Positions 51,427-63,990 of a stretch of DNA of 64,000 nucleotides are shown one piece after another (positions within the stretch are counted from its first letter, which is position 1; each line of letters starts with the position of its first letter). A program made the translations under genes and the position numbers. This DNA is from Gnetum montanum (lineage: Eukaryota; Plantae; Gnetophyta), in the NCBI GenBank assembly GCA_015680685.1, contig MNCI01002109.1:4370-68369 (forward strand), read 5' to 3'. Below the pieces are notes generated by a model. It was not told the DNA's origin and did not search any database. It saw nothing but the letters and a program-made list of their open reading frames with translations.

Positions 51427-53169
51427 TGTGGCAACCGAAAATGTTGGTGGTTAGAACACTGAGGTCAATGGGTGCACAGCCTATCCCCGAGTTTAAGTGA
51501 GGGCCCGTTAGAGGTAGGGACAGGGTTCCCTAAATGGTCTTGTTGATTGAACAGGGACTTACCAGATGCAACTAGGGTGTAGCATGGTTAGCTGCGATGT
51601 TGATGTGAAATGGTGCTAAGTATTCGAGCGATGTCAATAGTGTCAATGGGATTGAGTGTAGTTAAGTTTTTGGTGAAAACGAGGATGCCAACATGTGAGG
51701 GCCACTATCCAAGTGTAGTTTTAGGCATGGCTATGTAATGAAATAGCGAAAAATACAAATAAAATGCTAAAAATGCAAAGAAAAAGAGAGAGAGGAAAAA
51801 CGAAACACCACCCCAAATGGGGTTAAGCATACTTAACATCTAAAGGGATTAGAAAGTACATGATGTACAATAGGCATAGTGGACAACATAGTCATAGTCT
51901 TAGGGATGCCTAGTTGTGAATACTGGCATTTCACCCAGGTGTCCACATCTGCTAGGTTGGCTGCCATAGTGTACCATTAACTACGATGTCCTGGTGGGCT
52001 GCAGTGGGTTGCAGTGGTCTGCAACTTCACCAGTATGCCTTTGGTTCTCTCCTAAGCACTCCTTAAGCTTGCCAAGTCTCTAGTTTGCTAATCCTTAAAT
52101 TTTTGAACACTTCAATTTTTCCAATCCTAAAGACATTGAGGACATTGGGTACTTATAGGCCTAGGGTTAGCAGAAGATGTAGGATGGCTACCATGTGGCA
52201 GAGGAGATGGTTGAAACCACATTGTCATCCAAATACGCTTTCTACTAAGGCTAGTAGGGTTGTGCTTTTCCATGCTTTACCAATCTCTGTGAGACTATGA
52301 TTACACTACCAACTACATGTCCACATGTCGAGAGGACTGCAAGGTACTTGAAAAAATGACATTTCGAAGACTACGCTCTCCACTATCTTGCATGGGGTAG
52401 GGCATAGTTACAATTTTGGGGCTAAAAAGGGGATGCAAAAAGATGCATTTTACTAACTACGCTTTCCATAGATGAGTCAAAGCTAAGCTAAGTGGTGTCA
52501 CCATGTTGTGAAGGCTGTTGGAGGCCATTCTAGTTGACTACACTTGACTACATTCTAGACTAGGGAAGAGCGTAGTCCCACACTTAGGAAAAATTTTGTA
52601 AGAAAAGTGGCTATGTGCTAACTATGCTCTCCACTAGAGGTTGACTACGCTCCCAACTGGGGATGAACATAGTCCTAGCACTTGTCAAAACTTGTGGAAA
52701 TTAGCTTCCAGTTAACTATGCTTAACTATGCTTTAGGATAGGGGAGAGTGTAGTTTAACATGTAGAAAAATCTATGAAAACTAGGCCTTCATGCTGACTA
52801 CGCTCTCCACAAGAGGTTGACTATGCTCTAGGGCAATGAAGAGCATAGTCCCACCACTTTAAAAAATTGTAGCTTCTAGCTTCGCAATGATAGTTAGAAA
52901 GATTGCAAAAGTGGCCTTTGTGTTGATTATGTTCTCTACTAGAGGCTAACTATGCTCTAGGGCAATGGAGAGTGTAGTCCCAATACTTAAAAAAAAATTG
53001 CAGCAACTAGCTTTGTGGTGATACTTAGAAAAAATTGCAAAACTAGCCTTTGTGTTAACTATTCTTTCTAATAGAAGCTGACTATGCTCTCAACTAGGGT
53101 CAAGTGTAGTCTCAACACTTAGCAAAATTTATAGTCAAGACACTGTAGTCCAAATTTGGTAGTGTTTCA
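51427..53169 (-). repeat. 3' LTR (about 1.74 kb)
   Basis: Plus strand tgtggcaacc...gtgtttca then ttggcccctcttt (PPT complement). TATA-like ctataagta on the minus strand near 52155, motif-rich U3 at 52360-53115. Left boundary approximate. Confidence 0.65.
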
Positions 53170-54159
53170 TTGGCCCCTCTTTGTTGACATCTGGAGGAGT
53201 GGCCTAAGAGATGTTGAGAAACAATAGCAAGACACCATAGTAGGATTGGCATCAACATCACCCTTCAATGTGAGATCGAATGTTGCTACACTGTGCTTAA
53301 GAGTGTTGTGGATAGTGATATGCTAGATAGTATATGAGAAGTGGGAATAAAAGGTGTAGGTGATGTGCTAGTAATACAAGGAAGGAGAAGTGCATGGGAG
53401 ATGTTATGACACAAGGACATCATGGCTGATGGTGATCATGGCACTAGAATGGCTTACCCTTGAAAACATTGACCTCTCATTGGAGTGCTTATGAGAGAGT
53501 CAAGGTGTAGATTCAAGGTTGAGCTGGTTGCAAAATTACTTTGTTGTTGGGTTCCTTAGGGATGTGCTTTTCCCCCTTTGCTTTTTTTTTTCCTTTTTAG
53601 CTATTTTGTTGTTAGGTGAACCTTCTTTGGGCTTTGCACTTTGCTAAATGCTTGCTATGAAGTGAAATTCTTTTCATCAAGTGAGTTGTGTAACACTAGA
53701 TGGGCTTTGCTTTATCATTAATGAAATTGCATGATGTCTATATGACAGATGTTTCCTCATTGGGATGACTTATGTTACATCTGCCTAGACATTAATTAGT
53801 CGATAGAGGCCTCCCACGAGATGACTTATGTTATGTTCTCCTTGGGAAGCTTGGTGTTTAATGAGATGTGCAAAGAGGATGTCATGTAGTCATAACATGT
53901 GAGCATTCAAGAGGGTTTGCAATCTTGGCTATGCAGGGAATGAGAGGATATTAGAAAGCAAGAGTGGGTGTGCATAGGCTATAGCTAGATAAGGGGGATG
54001 TGCACTCTTGAGAGGTTTAGATAGTCCAATCATGTACATCTGAGCATTATGGTGATCTACTATTGCGATGAGATGCACCTTTGCACAAAAACTCAAGGCT
54101 TTATCCCACAAACACAACTTTGAGAAGATAAGAAAACCACATAATACAAAAAAAATGTT

Positions 54160-54420
54160 AATAAAGTGCAAGAGGGAAAAGATGCTACAAGTGCTCCAAA
54201 GGTTGCATCCATGGAAAGTGCTCAAAGAGCCAATAAAATGCAAGGGGGGGCCAAGATGCTGCAAGTGCTCCAAAAGCTACACCCATTGCAAGTGCTCAAA
54301 AGAATAGCAAAATTAAGGGGGGGAAAGATGCTACAAGTGCTCAAAAGAATAGCAAAATTAAGAGGGGAAAAGATGCTACAAGTGCTCCAAAGGTTATGCT
54401 CGTGGCAAGTGCTCCATTTG
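54160..54420. repeat. Short tandem repeats (aagatgctacaagtgctc core)
   Basis: About 7 occurrences of aagtgctc in 39-62 bp units. Confidence 0.85.
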
Positions 54421-54524
54421 GTACTGTAGCATGCTTGCCCACATGATGTAGAAGGGGGGCAAGGTTTTACTCACTTGCTTACTTGCAAGAATATAGAAGG
54501 AATTATTAGTGGTTGACCATGAAC

Positions 54525-54950
54525 CTAGTTTAATGTCATAGTAGGCATGTTGTACTAGTTTAACGTCATAGTGAACGAGTGTTGCACCAGTTTAACATCA
54601 TAGCAGATGAGTTGTTATGCTATTTTAGCAACATAGTGAACAAACTATGTCAATTTAACATCATAGCAGACAAATTTTGTACCAATTTAACATCATAGTA
54701 GATGAATGCTATGCTAGTTTGGTGTCGTAGCAGATGAGCTATGCCAATTTAACGTCATAGCAGATGGATGGTTTGCCAGTTAAATGTCATAGAGGATAAG
54801 TTTTGTGCATATGTAGACCTCTGTGCCATTTTAAAGCCATAGCAAATGAGTTTTACCAGTTTAGCATTATGGCAAACGAGCTACTGTGCTAGTTTAGCAT
54901 CATAGAAAATGAGTGTTGTGCCAGTTTAGCGTCATAGAGGATGAGTGCTT
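54525..54950. repeat. Tandem array, about 31-33 bp unit (ccagtttaacgtcatagcagatgagt...)
   Basis: About 12 directly visible degenerate units. Confidence 0.9.
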
Positions 54951-55399
54951 GCCTTGCTTAATTGATGTGCAATGATACATGTTAGATGTAATATAGCTTT
55001 AGGTACAAATGGTTCACCAGATTGGCAAACTCATTTCCATCTTGATCAGCAAGCTTGAATGCTTCATTGTTGTAGGCCTTAGTAACCAAAGATGAGAAGA
55101 TATGCTCATGCATAACTATGTCATGTTCATGCAAAAAAAAAACCAACAAAACATCAAGCAACACCTATTTGATCTAGTTATTATGCATAAATGAAAAAAA
55201 GTAATCGAGTAAAAATTTGCTTAAGTATGCACATAAATAGCAATGAGAAGTAGACATGTTGGTGTCAGTTCTAGGTCTTAGCAGACCGTCGATGTGTCAA
55301 ACATGTCATTCTAGGGAGGATTGATCATGCCTAGAGAGTGAAGTTAAGTTGCACATTCGTAAAGCAATGAAAAATCACAATTCCAGGCTAAGTATGGAT

Positions 55400-56205
55400 G
55401 ACTATGCTCTCCACTGGGCCTTCAGTGACCCTAGGAGGCTATATAGGTGCATTTTTAATATGGGTAAGTTGTCATTTTCTTGCTTTCAACTGTGACATCT
55501 AGAGCATAGTCTTACCATTACTATTGTACTAATGCTAATGGAGAGTGTAGTTGGGAAGAATGATATGCCAGAGTGGATGCTTGCACCCAGGACTAACAAA
55601 TGTCACCAAGGGGGAGAAAGCACTAGGATGCCTACCATAGACATGCATGGAGGATAGAAGGCCATTGGTGTCAACCAGGTACATTGACTACACTCTCCCC
55701 TTTATTCATTTTTTTTGTTATTTTTTCATCAATGAAGAGTTTGGGAGCATAGTCCCATGTGCCTTACTATGGTGCCCTACGATGGTGCCCTACCATGGTA
55801 GTGGCCACCACCGTTGCATGTTGTTTCGGAGTAGTGCAAAAATAGGGAGGGTTTTGGATAGTGGAAGGTTTCTGCACATTCAAATGCACGTGGTGAATGT
55901 GACAGATGTCAGGTGTGTGGTAGGCACAATGGTGCATGGTGATGCATGGTGGATGCAACGGGCACAACGATGCATGTAGAATACGCTCTTCACTATTATG
56001 GCCAAGACTACACTCTCTACACCTTAGAAGTGTAGTTGCCACCAAGTGTTTATCAAAATGTCTATTCCAAAAGTCCATTTTTTGGGACTATGCTTTCTAT
56101 AGAGCATAGTTGGAAGTTAGAAAAAAAATTGTAGTTTCAGACTACACTCTCTACTAAGGCAGTCTAGAGTTAGAAAACATTTTATGATTTCTGGGCTACG
56201 TTGTC
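55400..56205 (+). promoter_or_regulatory. Cluster of LTR-type GACTACGCTCTCC motifs upstream of the antisense gene (putative internal promoter)
   Basis: About 11 degenerate copies in both orientations, e.g. 55400, 55500, 55540, 55687, 55744, 56005, 56086, 56140. Confidence 0.6.
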
Positions 56206-56345
56206 CATTGAAGCAGTCTGGAGTTAGAAAAAATTTTGCCAAAATTTTATAAACTATGCATGATGCTAAACCTGCAAAATGTGCAAAAATGTAGCACTAA
56301 GCCCATAAAAATTTGTTATACCCTAGTGAGTACTAGGCACATCAA

Positions 56346-59300
56346 ATGGATTAGTTGATGTCCTATTCCCACAAGGCCCCAAAGTGCATTGCCAAGATTA
56401 GGATTTTTTTCTTTGTTAGTCCATGTTGCATCATGCTAATTTTAATAACTTATCTTAATAATTTAATGTCAAAATTTTCATCTATGTATGTATACTAACA
56501 TTTTTCTTGTTACTTGGATGTTGCAGGGTGCTACTGAAGCTTATTCTAATCCTAGTTGAGCTTGTGGGCATCCTATGCTGCATGAGCAAACCTGTTCTTA
56601 ACATGCCTACACAAAATATGTGGGTGGGCCATTAGGTAGCGTGGTTCCAACTAGGAGCTTGTGAGTTCCTAGAATACCTACTATGGTAGTTTAGTATGAT
56701 CATGTGGTCACACTTGGTAGTGAAGGCTACTAGCACTATCACTGAGACTTTGTTACCCAAGGCTAACCAAGGCATCCTAAAATTTATCTTAGATGAGCCC
56801 ACTGCTAGTGTTGATGGGGTAGGTGGTTCAGGAAAAGGTCCTAGGAGTGCTCAACAATTATCCAACATATGGTGCATGATAGGGTTTGCTTTTTACAATA
56901 AGAGCAACACCCTTTTTATTGCATTGCAAGTGCATACCCTATTCCAAAACCCACCTAGAACTATCTACTGCACCGAAGGGTAAGTGCTTTCATGGTTCTC
57001 ATAATGTTTTTCTTCTCTATTTTCTCATGTTAAATTACTAATGGCTCATGATTAACACCAAGTTTAGAGTCAACAAGGAGGGCCTGCATGATGAGGTGCA
57101 CACTCTAGCCTTGACTCACATTACCTTGGAGGTGTTCTCATCTAACATGAATGTTTAGGTAGTTGTGATTAAGTAGGTGGGACTTAATCTAGAGGCTTAC
57201 CCTACCTAATACCTAAAGGCATATGAGCGATGTAGGATCCATGGTTGGTTGGATGAGTGAGCTATCGATGAGATTAATACTAAGGAGATACTTGCAACAC
57301 CACCCTCATCTCACACCCTGTTTGTATCATGTATGTATCCATGTTTTGGCTCTTGGCTCATGTGGCTGTTCATATATACCTTTTAGTTTGCCTTATTTTC
57401 ATGATGCTAACTTTGACATTGATTTGCCTTTGTTGTAATTGTGGTTGCCTCAGACAAGGTGATGGTGATCACCATGGGCTGCATAGAGGTCATCCTCGTC
57501 ATGAAGTATGGTGATGTGGAGGGTGCACAACACTAGCTACGCCACAAAGAATCAAATGCACTAATGGCTCAGCTCACGCATGCTAGGTTGATGGAACTAT
57601 TTTTGGCCCTTAGGCCAAGTATCCCAATGGTTAAAATGGTGACCATCATCAACTCCTTCAGCAGTGATGTTAGGAAATTTGTCACCTAGGTGCGTGATGT
57701 GACAGTAGTGCTAGACCTCCATGAGGCCTTCTTCATTAACCTCTTTTGCATCCCTATAAATGGATTGATGATTATTAATAAGGGTAGTAGGAAGGTGAGA
57801 AATAGAGGGGAAATTGAGGACTAGTTGGAGGCCACTTAATCTCACAAGGGCATACCGATTAAAGATGTGCTAGTGCCCAAGGTATAGGAGTTGTACCCTC
57901 TATTCCATGCTCATGCCTTTCCAAAGTTGCACTTCCAAGGAAAGATCTTTGGAATGGAATAGGCAAGGGTGATGAAGGAGGTGCTACTAGAGGGTACAAG
58001 GTTCAACTAGGCCACATATATAGCCACTGGCCTACATGTGAAGATCTCTAAGTTACAGTTCAATCTCCAGGTGAAGTTCCACATTCACTTCGCATTCTTT
58101 TTAGAATACCTACAAAGGTTTGCAGAGCTCTTTGTTGTACGAGATGATGGGTGATGTTGATCATGAGCAGCTATCTAAGCCATAGATCAAGCACATGTTC
58201 TNCCCCCCCCCCCCCCCCCCCCCCCCAAGGGAATCAATGAGTTGTTATGAGTAACGACCAAGGGTCCTGTAGGGTAGTTGCATTATTCATGCAATAGTAT
58301 AGGTGAGGGTCCTCTAGTTGGAACTGGGGACATAAGCAAGGAAAACCACTATATAGCAAAGATGGTGGGGCCATTTAAGGCCAAGATCAAGAGGCCACGT
58401 CTTGAGGAGGAGGCTACCTCTCAAATCTAGAAGTGAGGCAGCAAGAGGATCTGTATCAAGCTTCAAAGCTTGCATGCAAATGTTGTAGGTTAGTATGGTG
58501 CATTAGTTATATTTATGTATATATTTTTATTCTTATATGTTTTTTTCCTATTATTCCATATTGTTAAGCAGCTAATGATGTGTTATGCGTACTAATGTGC
58601 TATATGTGTTAATTGTAGAGAAAGGAGAGAGGGTTGCAGGAGTAGTGGCCGAGGTGGTAGTATAGGAAGCATCTCCTTAAGTTGGGAAAGAGGAGGCTCA
58701 TGGAGATGAGTTGCATGAGTTAGTAGAGATCTTTCAACAATTGGAGGAAGAGAGGTTGCTCCACCCTAATGAGGATGATTTTGATATCTTGTTCAATGGT
58801 GCACATCTAAGTGAGCCCCCTGCACTCACGCCTAAGGACTTACTAGGTAACTAACTTATGTTGCCATTTGGTATTACCTATTTGCTCTAGTATCTTTAGC
58901 TATTTACCTATGTGCTAATTGCATCATTATGTTATATCCTTAAATATTCCCACCATCAGTTCCACATCTACCTACCACATGAAGCCATGGGTAGACATGT
59001 TAGATAAATTCACTTCATGAAATTGAAGACATGGTGGACCGCTTACGACAAGTGGACCCTAAGCTCGGTATGTGTGTAATGTTATTTTTCTTTATGTTAC
59101 TTTACTACTTGAATGCTTAGTTTTCAACTAAGATTAATTAGTTGTTTATGCTTACAGGTCCTAAGTTGTGGTGGGATCCAAGAAAGGTGGCCAAGGTGGA
59201 CACCCTCCCTAACCTCCCTCTTGAAGTTGATCAGGTGTCTCATGACATGTATGATACATTGAACAAGTAAGCACTTTCCTATGTGAAGGCGTTGTGGCTC

Positions 59301-60150
59301 TACAGGTGCTTGAATGAGCACATGTGGAAATGCATGCATGAACTCTATGAGATGGTGACAAGCTAGGATGTGAAGATCAAAGATCTCCAATCTAGATATA
59401 ACTTCTTAGTAGCTAGATTGTAGGGAGATAGCACCTACATGCCTCTAAGATTGAATATGCAAGATATTAGATAACTCTCAAAGGTAAGAATGAGGCCACA
59501 TAGGAGCTGATAGAGAAATAGCTCCACATGGACTTGCTCACCCAAAAGAACCAAGATTGGAAAAATTATAGCATGAAAGTCTATTGGTTGGGGCAAACAT
59601 AGAAGAATCACAAGCACTAGTATAAGTAAGAGCATGATGCGTACCTGCGATGGTACAAGGAGGAGTCTACCAAATGTCACCACCTCAAGATGTTTCTTGA
59701 GGCAACTAGCAAGAGGCAAGCGCATGAGTTGTTCATGTAGCACATGGTGGTGAGTGACTCCCTTGAGAGGTAGATCATTATCCCTTCTAGAGAGGCTTCT
59801 TCTACTACCTTTTTAATGAAGCTACCTACATGGACCACTGTGGACAAAGGCAAGATCCTTGCATGGATTGACTTTCACTAGGAGGACTAGATAAAACTTT
59901 CCAAGGTCAAGATCCTTCAACACTTGGAGGTTGGCCTTGGAATGTTACCTCCAAAACTTACTAATGCGAGACCCTCATAGGTTAGTATTTTTATGCTTCT
60001 TTTTTTTTTTGAATTTAGCTTGTGCAGTGCACATTTTCTTACTTATCACACATATTTGCTATGGTTATGGTAGACACCAAGCAATACTATAAGCCCCAAC
60101 AATGTAGTAGAGGAAGTAGAGTCATCACCCCCAGCTAGCGCCACTAGTTG
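56346..60150 (+). pseudogene. Multi-exon antisense gene: FCP1/NIF-like (HAD) domain + plant-mobile-domain-like region + acidic/coiled-coil tail
   Basis: GT-AG type introns with donors 56415, 56980, 57331, 58489, 58847, 59068, 59981 and acceptors 56526, ~57061, ~57438/57453, 58618, ~58959, 59157, 60073. Exon 56527-56979 gives KLILILVELVGIL...GACEFLEYLL..FSMIMWS...LSNIW...YNKSNTLFI......FQNPPRTI. Stops are mostly TAG/TAA at likely CAG/TGG/CAA sites. Confidence 0.7.
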
Positions 60151-60399
60151 AGCATGACCTAGATGTACCCCCCTCCCTGTTGGGCTTTTTTGCTACATTT
60201 TTGGCTCTAATGCTATTCGTTCCATGTACTAATATGTATATTATATTTGATGGATGATCATTANCATTTACTAATTATAGTGTGTGATGTGTAAACTTCT
60301 TTTTGTATGATCATTTTCTATGCACTCGTTATGCTTATAATGCAATGAATTAATGGGCTAACTTAGGATTATGCAACAATAATGTGACTAGGCCATTGT

Positions 60400-60890
60400 G
60401 GGCCCCATGCTAGTTTAAGGCCATAGTAGGAGGGTCAATGCTAGTTTAAGGCCATCTTGGGCCACTGCAATGGGATTGAAGGTGGTAGTTTAAGGCCATT
60501 CCAAGCCTCGATGATTATTAATTTAAGGTTTTTTCCGGCCACATGTGCTATTAGTTTAAGGGTGATAGTTTAAGGTTGTTCCAAGCCATAATGTTGCTAG
60601 TTTAAGGCCACGACGGGCTGCATGTTGCCAATTTAAGGCCTTGGTAGGCCACATATTGCTAGTTTAAGGTCATACTATGTCGAGGCTACTAGTTTAAGGC
60701 CATTTTAGGCCATGGTAATAATTTAAGGGCATTTAAGGAAAAGCATTGCTTGTTTAAGGTCATTCCAAGCCACAATGTTGGTAGTTTAAGGCCATGGCGA
60801 GCCACAAGGATAGAATTAAATATGATAGTTTTAGGCCATTCCCAGCCACAGTGGCAGTTTAAGGTCATTTTGGGCCCAATATGTTGCTAA
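60400..60890. repeat. Tandem array with tagtttaaggccat core, about 30-35 bp period
   Basis: About 14 directly visible units. Confidence 0.9.
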
Positions 60891-61175
60891 ATCTCTTTTT
60901 GTAATTTTTTTCTTTTATAATTTTTGTGCATTTTAATGTTGTTTTTTTTATAACTACGAAGGTGTGAACTAACAGGGCGAGTGCATAAACTAAGCAAATG
61001 AATGCATAATCAAAGCAAATAAATGTGTAAACAAAGAAAAATGATACATAATCTAAGTAATCAGGCTAAATGTAAATATGTAAACAAATGCAATGCAAGT
61101 AAAAGTTAAAAATACATGGCATGTAGAAGCAAAGGGTAAGCAAGCACCTAGTGTGTTTCAAGCTAAGGGGGTACC

Positions 61176-63990
61176 TTAGTTGCATAGTTGCTTCATAATA
61201 CAGTGTGGGTTAGGAGGTGCATAGGACCTAGGGTGCACTATTTGGTAATCGCGTAGATCCTTGCTCACTACATTGAAGGGTAATTCCACCCAAAGGACAT
61301 CCTTTGATAACTCGCTAACTACTTTTTTCCTTTTGAGTGGGTTTTCCTCATGCATTTTATTCTCATCCTTTGTTGCAAATGCATCATCAGAAAATTCCAC
61401 CTCTAACCCTTGCTCTGTATCTATGTTGTTGATCGCTAGAGGGGCTTTATTATCACCATGGATAATAACCTCACCACCTTCATATGGAAGGTGGATTTCT
61501 TGGTGGATCAGAGAGGAGACGGCTCATAATTGGGCTAACCATGGCTTACCCAATATTAAGTTAAAGTTAGTTATTTCCTCTATGATGATGAATTTAGTAG
61601 TGATGGGAAATTCTTCCCCTGCCATGAAGGATATTATGATGATACCCTTAATGATGATGCACAACTTGTTAAAGGACTTCAGGCATGTGATTTTCATTAA
61701 CTTGATTTCATCCATAAGGCCTAACTTATCAACGATGGTGTATGGAATAAAATTTGTTGCTACTTGGGTGTTGATGTGAACCCTTCAAATCTTGCATTTC
61801 CTGAGACATATGGTAATAAACATGGGGGTTGTTATGACCTTAATTGCCTCATCATGAAATGCAAGGGATGTGGAACTTGATTCCTGCAGTGAAGGAGGCA
61901 ACATCATTGCATGGATGGAATTCCCATTTGTCAAGATGTCCTCCATAATAAGAATGGAGGTCAACATTTCCACTAGCACTTCATTGTGGGCAAATGAGGT
62001 CATGATCAAGTCATACAAGCTTAATGTTATGTTCTTCTATTTGAGTGCTTACTTAACCTAGGCTAATGCATCCATGAATTCTTTGCCATCGGTTGTGTTT
62101 TTACTAGCTTTGACTTCTTCCATACACCCTAAGAGACAAATTTGGCAGAGAAGTGACTTGGGCTTTATTAACTTGGCCTACACAAGGGCCTCAGTGCTTG
62201 GTTGTGAGTTTCTAGTGGTGGCCTTCTCAAAAATTTTGGCCATAGGAATCAAAGATATAAGGATCAACTTTGGAAAACCCAACACCCTTTTCTCTTGACA
62301 TTACTTAATCATTCTATCTATGAGACACTCATTGGACCTCTAGGGTTTCCACCTAAAGGGTCTATTAATGTTGCTAGTAGGAATGGCCCTTGGATGGAAA
62401 GGGACCAATATGTTTCCCACTACTAGACTCCAAGTAAGTAAGGAGTCAGCATGTTGTGGCACCTTGACGAAAAAGGGTGGCTAAACTGTCATTGTTATGA
62501 CATGTTGTGAGATCCTAATCACAAAGGGAGTTGTAGGTGCTTGAGGTGGCATTCTAATGATGAAAGGAGGCCTCAAACCCATGGGGGCTATAGATGCCCT
62601 TGTGCTACCAAAGGGCACATGGACCACTAATGGTTGTTGCACTAGTTCCAAGTTGTCATCAATGTTGATAGCATTTATAACACCATATATATTTAGAGGG
62701 TCCTTGTACACCCTCGTGGATTGATTTTGAGGTCTAACCAGGTTAGTAGCATCAAGTACCAGCTCACCTTATCAATCATTCTTTGGAAGTCATCTTGTAG
62801 TGCTATGCAAAAATCAGTGTTGTGACCATGCAACTAGTGGTAGTGGCAAAACTGGTTCATTCTAAAGTGTTTCAGGACCAAAGGCTCATTTGGTGCTACC
62901 GAAGTAGAATTCTTTAGGAGCTCGCAATATCTATTGTATCTTTTGCAAGCATCTTTGGACATCTACTTGTACTGGATACATCTAGCCTTCAACTATTGGT
63001 CCAATAGTTTTGAAAGTTTTAATGGTAGTGGGGTGTACTTGGAGTGATCAATGTGCTCAAAGTTAGGCCTTGGAGAAGCTTCTGGTATGGCCACTAGTGA
63101 CATGGACTAGTTAGTTTCTATAATGCTAGGGTTGGTGATTTTGTTGCTGCCTGTTATCCTCAAGTGGCCTACCCATTGGCCTCAAGTTGGTTTTTTAGGC
63201 CTCTTTGGCCATAGTCACCATGGTTGCATTCTACTTTCCTTTATCCTTGTCCTTCCTTGCATGCAAGTTGTGTAGGGCATGTAGGCCTAGCCTTTATTGG
63301 CTTCAGTAGCATCCTATATGCTCTTAGTCTGGTCAAAGGCTTGGCTTAAAGACTACAGGCCCAAGTAGTACAGTTTTAACTTTATGAAGTCATTAATTGC
63401 ACCCTTAAATATGGCTAGGAGGTGTGTTTTGGCTATTGGCTCTCGTATTTCATTTAACAAGGCACTCTAGTGTTGGATGAATTTTTGTACAGGCTCTAGG
63501 TGGCCCTGCTTGATTTACATATGTTGATCCAGGGTGGTTTCTGACTTCAAGTTGTACTTGAAGTACATCATGAATTAGCTCACGAGATCCTCTAAAGAGA
63601 AGCTAGAGCTTCTTGGTAATGTGTAGTACCAATCTAGCACCTTGCTAGTTAGTGACATGGTAAACACTCACATGATGACATGTAGTCATGCCTACAACAG
63701 CAAACACTCTAACCTAAATATAACTAGATGTGTGTTGGGGTTTCCCTCACCATTGTACTTTGTGAACTAAGGCAATGAGACCTTGACTAGGAGAGTTAGC
63801 AATGGAACCATAGGACTGATAGGGTCATCCTAGTAAAATTCCAAAACTTTGATGGTTTTGAAGGAGGAAAACTTGAGTTTCTTCACCTCTCCCATTAGGT
63901 TTTGAATCAACTGGAATGCTTGGTCTAAGTTGTGAGATGTTCAAGCTAGCTATGCTAGTTGTGCGACTTGTTGTTAGACTAACTATGTGG
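61176..63990 (-). pseudogene. Ogre/Tat-type gag-protease, decayed
   Basis: FTKYNGEGNPNTHL, FTMSLTSKVLDWYYTLP, IKQGHLEPVQKFI, knuckle CHYH.LHGHNTDFCIALQDD, protease tail NFNLILGKPWL....VSSLIHQEIHLPYEGEVIIIHGD. Confidence 0.85.

Noticed and set aside
53929-54429. ORFs with MLQVL repeats
   Set aside because: Translations of a short tandem repeat in the element 3' region.
58202-58226. Poly-C tract as a functional G-quadruplex or frameshift signal
   Set aside because: Adjacent to an n, so length and sequence are unreliable.
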